Shown one piece after another: positions 5,606-6,060 of a stretch of 6,060 bases of DNA. Source of the DNA: a virus. The first letter of the stretch is position 1. Each line of letters begins with the position of its first letter. The position numbers were made by a program, and so were the translations under genes. Below the pieces are notes generated by a model. That model had not been told where the DNA came from. It worked only from the letters and a program-made list of their open reading frames with translations, and did not search any database. Location: the IMG/VR virus record IMGVR_UViG_3300020041_000038, positions 1-6,060 of that record; one strand, written 5' to 3'.

Positions 5606-5797
5606 ATGTCTGACACTAAGCCATCTTTTTATAAGTCGAAGGCTTTTTGGACGCTTGTTTCGTCTATAGTCGCCGCATTAGCTGCTTTTTTTCTTGCCTC
5701 GTGTTCGGCGCAGGCTAAAGTTTACCGCAACGGTGTTCATATCGACACTGTCCGTGTAGATTACGTCGTTCGTTCGAACAATTTTTCGCTTCCGTAG
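5606..5797 (+). CDS. Small predicted lipoprotein, 63-aa precursor with a mature part of about 31 aa. Candidate lysis/release or superinfection-exclusion factor
   Basis: From ATG 5606 the product is MSDTKPSFYKSK-AFWTLVSSIVAALAAFF-LASC-SAQAKVYRNGVHIDTVRVDYVVRSNNFSLP. That is a Lys-containing n-region, an uninterrupted hydrophobic h-region, and a canonical lipobox L-A-S-C with Cys at residue 33. TAG at 5795..5797 lies one base before the VP2 ATG. The alternative upstream ATG at 5495 would add an Arg-rich 37-aa extension running through a structured intergenic tract and would bury the signal peptide, so I consider it less likely. Confidence 0.6.
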   Translation: MSDTKPSFYKSKAFWTLVSSIVAALAAFFLASCSAQAKVYRNGVHIDTVRVDYVVRSNNFSLP

Positions 5798-5798
5798 T

Positions 5799-6060
5799 AT
5801 GAGACTTATTGATTTCAAGAGCTATGTCGAGCCCGTCTCCACTGGCGCTATACTCGGTGCCGCTGGCATTTCAGCCGGCGGTCAGGTTGCCTCTGGCTTA
5901 TTTAAACCTTCGCTCAATAGGCAATGGAAATACCAGCAGAAGCAAATGAAGCTTCAACAGCAATACGCTTTGGAGCAGATGCAAAAACAAGGTGAAATCA
6001 ACTACGCAAACTGGCAGAAACAGTTTGATTATGAGAATGCTTACAACGATCCCACGAAGG
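5799..6060 (+). CDS. VP2: DNA pilot / minor capsid protein VP2, N-terminal part. It runs off the window end and continues as 1..1116
   Basis: I translated by hand from ATG 5799: MRLIDFKSYVEPVSTGAILGAAGISAGGQVASGLFKPSLNRQWKYQQKQMKLQQQ... with no stop before the window end. The Gly/Ala-rich hydrophobic N-terminus is typical of microvirus VP2. The ORF is missing from the track only because it has no stop inside the window. The reconstructed full length is 418 aa. Confidence 0.85.
   Translation, partial: MRLIDFKSYVEPVSTGAILGAAGISAGGQVASGLFKPSLNRQWKYQQKQMKLQQQYALEQMQKQGEINYANWQKQFDYENAYNDPTK
5940..6060. repeat. Terminal redundancy, copy 2. Identical to 1..121
   Basis: Same comparison as for copy 1; offset 5939 nt. 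Confidence 0.95.

Overview
The window holds slightly more than one unit length of a small circular ssDNA phage genome of the family Microviridae. It is not phiX-like; it resembles the gokusho- and alpavirus groups. Bases 1..121 are identical to 5940..6060, so the unit length is 5,939 nt and the window wraps the circle. All credible genes are on the + strand and tightly packed. In circular order they are: VP2 pilot/minor capsid (5799..6060 continuing as 1..1116, 418 aa in total); two unassigned small ORFs (1200..1520 and 1532..1855); a strong intrinsic terminator (1901..1935); a roughly 165-nt hairpin-dense noncoding tract; a 66-aa ORF whose stop overlaps the Rep start as TAATG (2100..2300); the VP4 HUH rolling-circle Rep (2300..3370); the VP1 major capsid protein (3374..5164); an acidic 98-aa ORF (5176..5472); a 133-nt intergenic region; and a 63-aa ORF with a textbook lipoprotein signal peptide (5606..5797), which ends one base before the VP2 start. 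I saw no tRNA, rRNA, CRISPR, transposase or integrase. The items most worth follow-up are the stand-alone small lipoprotein (a candidate lysis, release or exclusion factor, in a phage group whose lysis mechanism I believe is largely undefined), the multi-hairpin noncoding element (a candidate ssDNA origin or priming site), and the absence of Shine-Dalgarno motifs upstream of all eight genes, which points to a Bacteroidota-type host. Family assignments come from motif recognition by eye. No database search was run.
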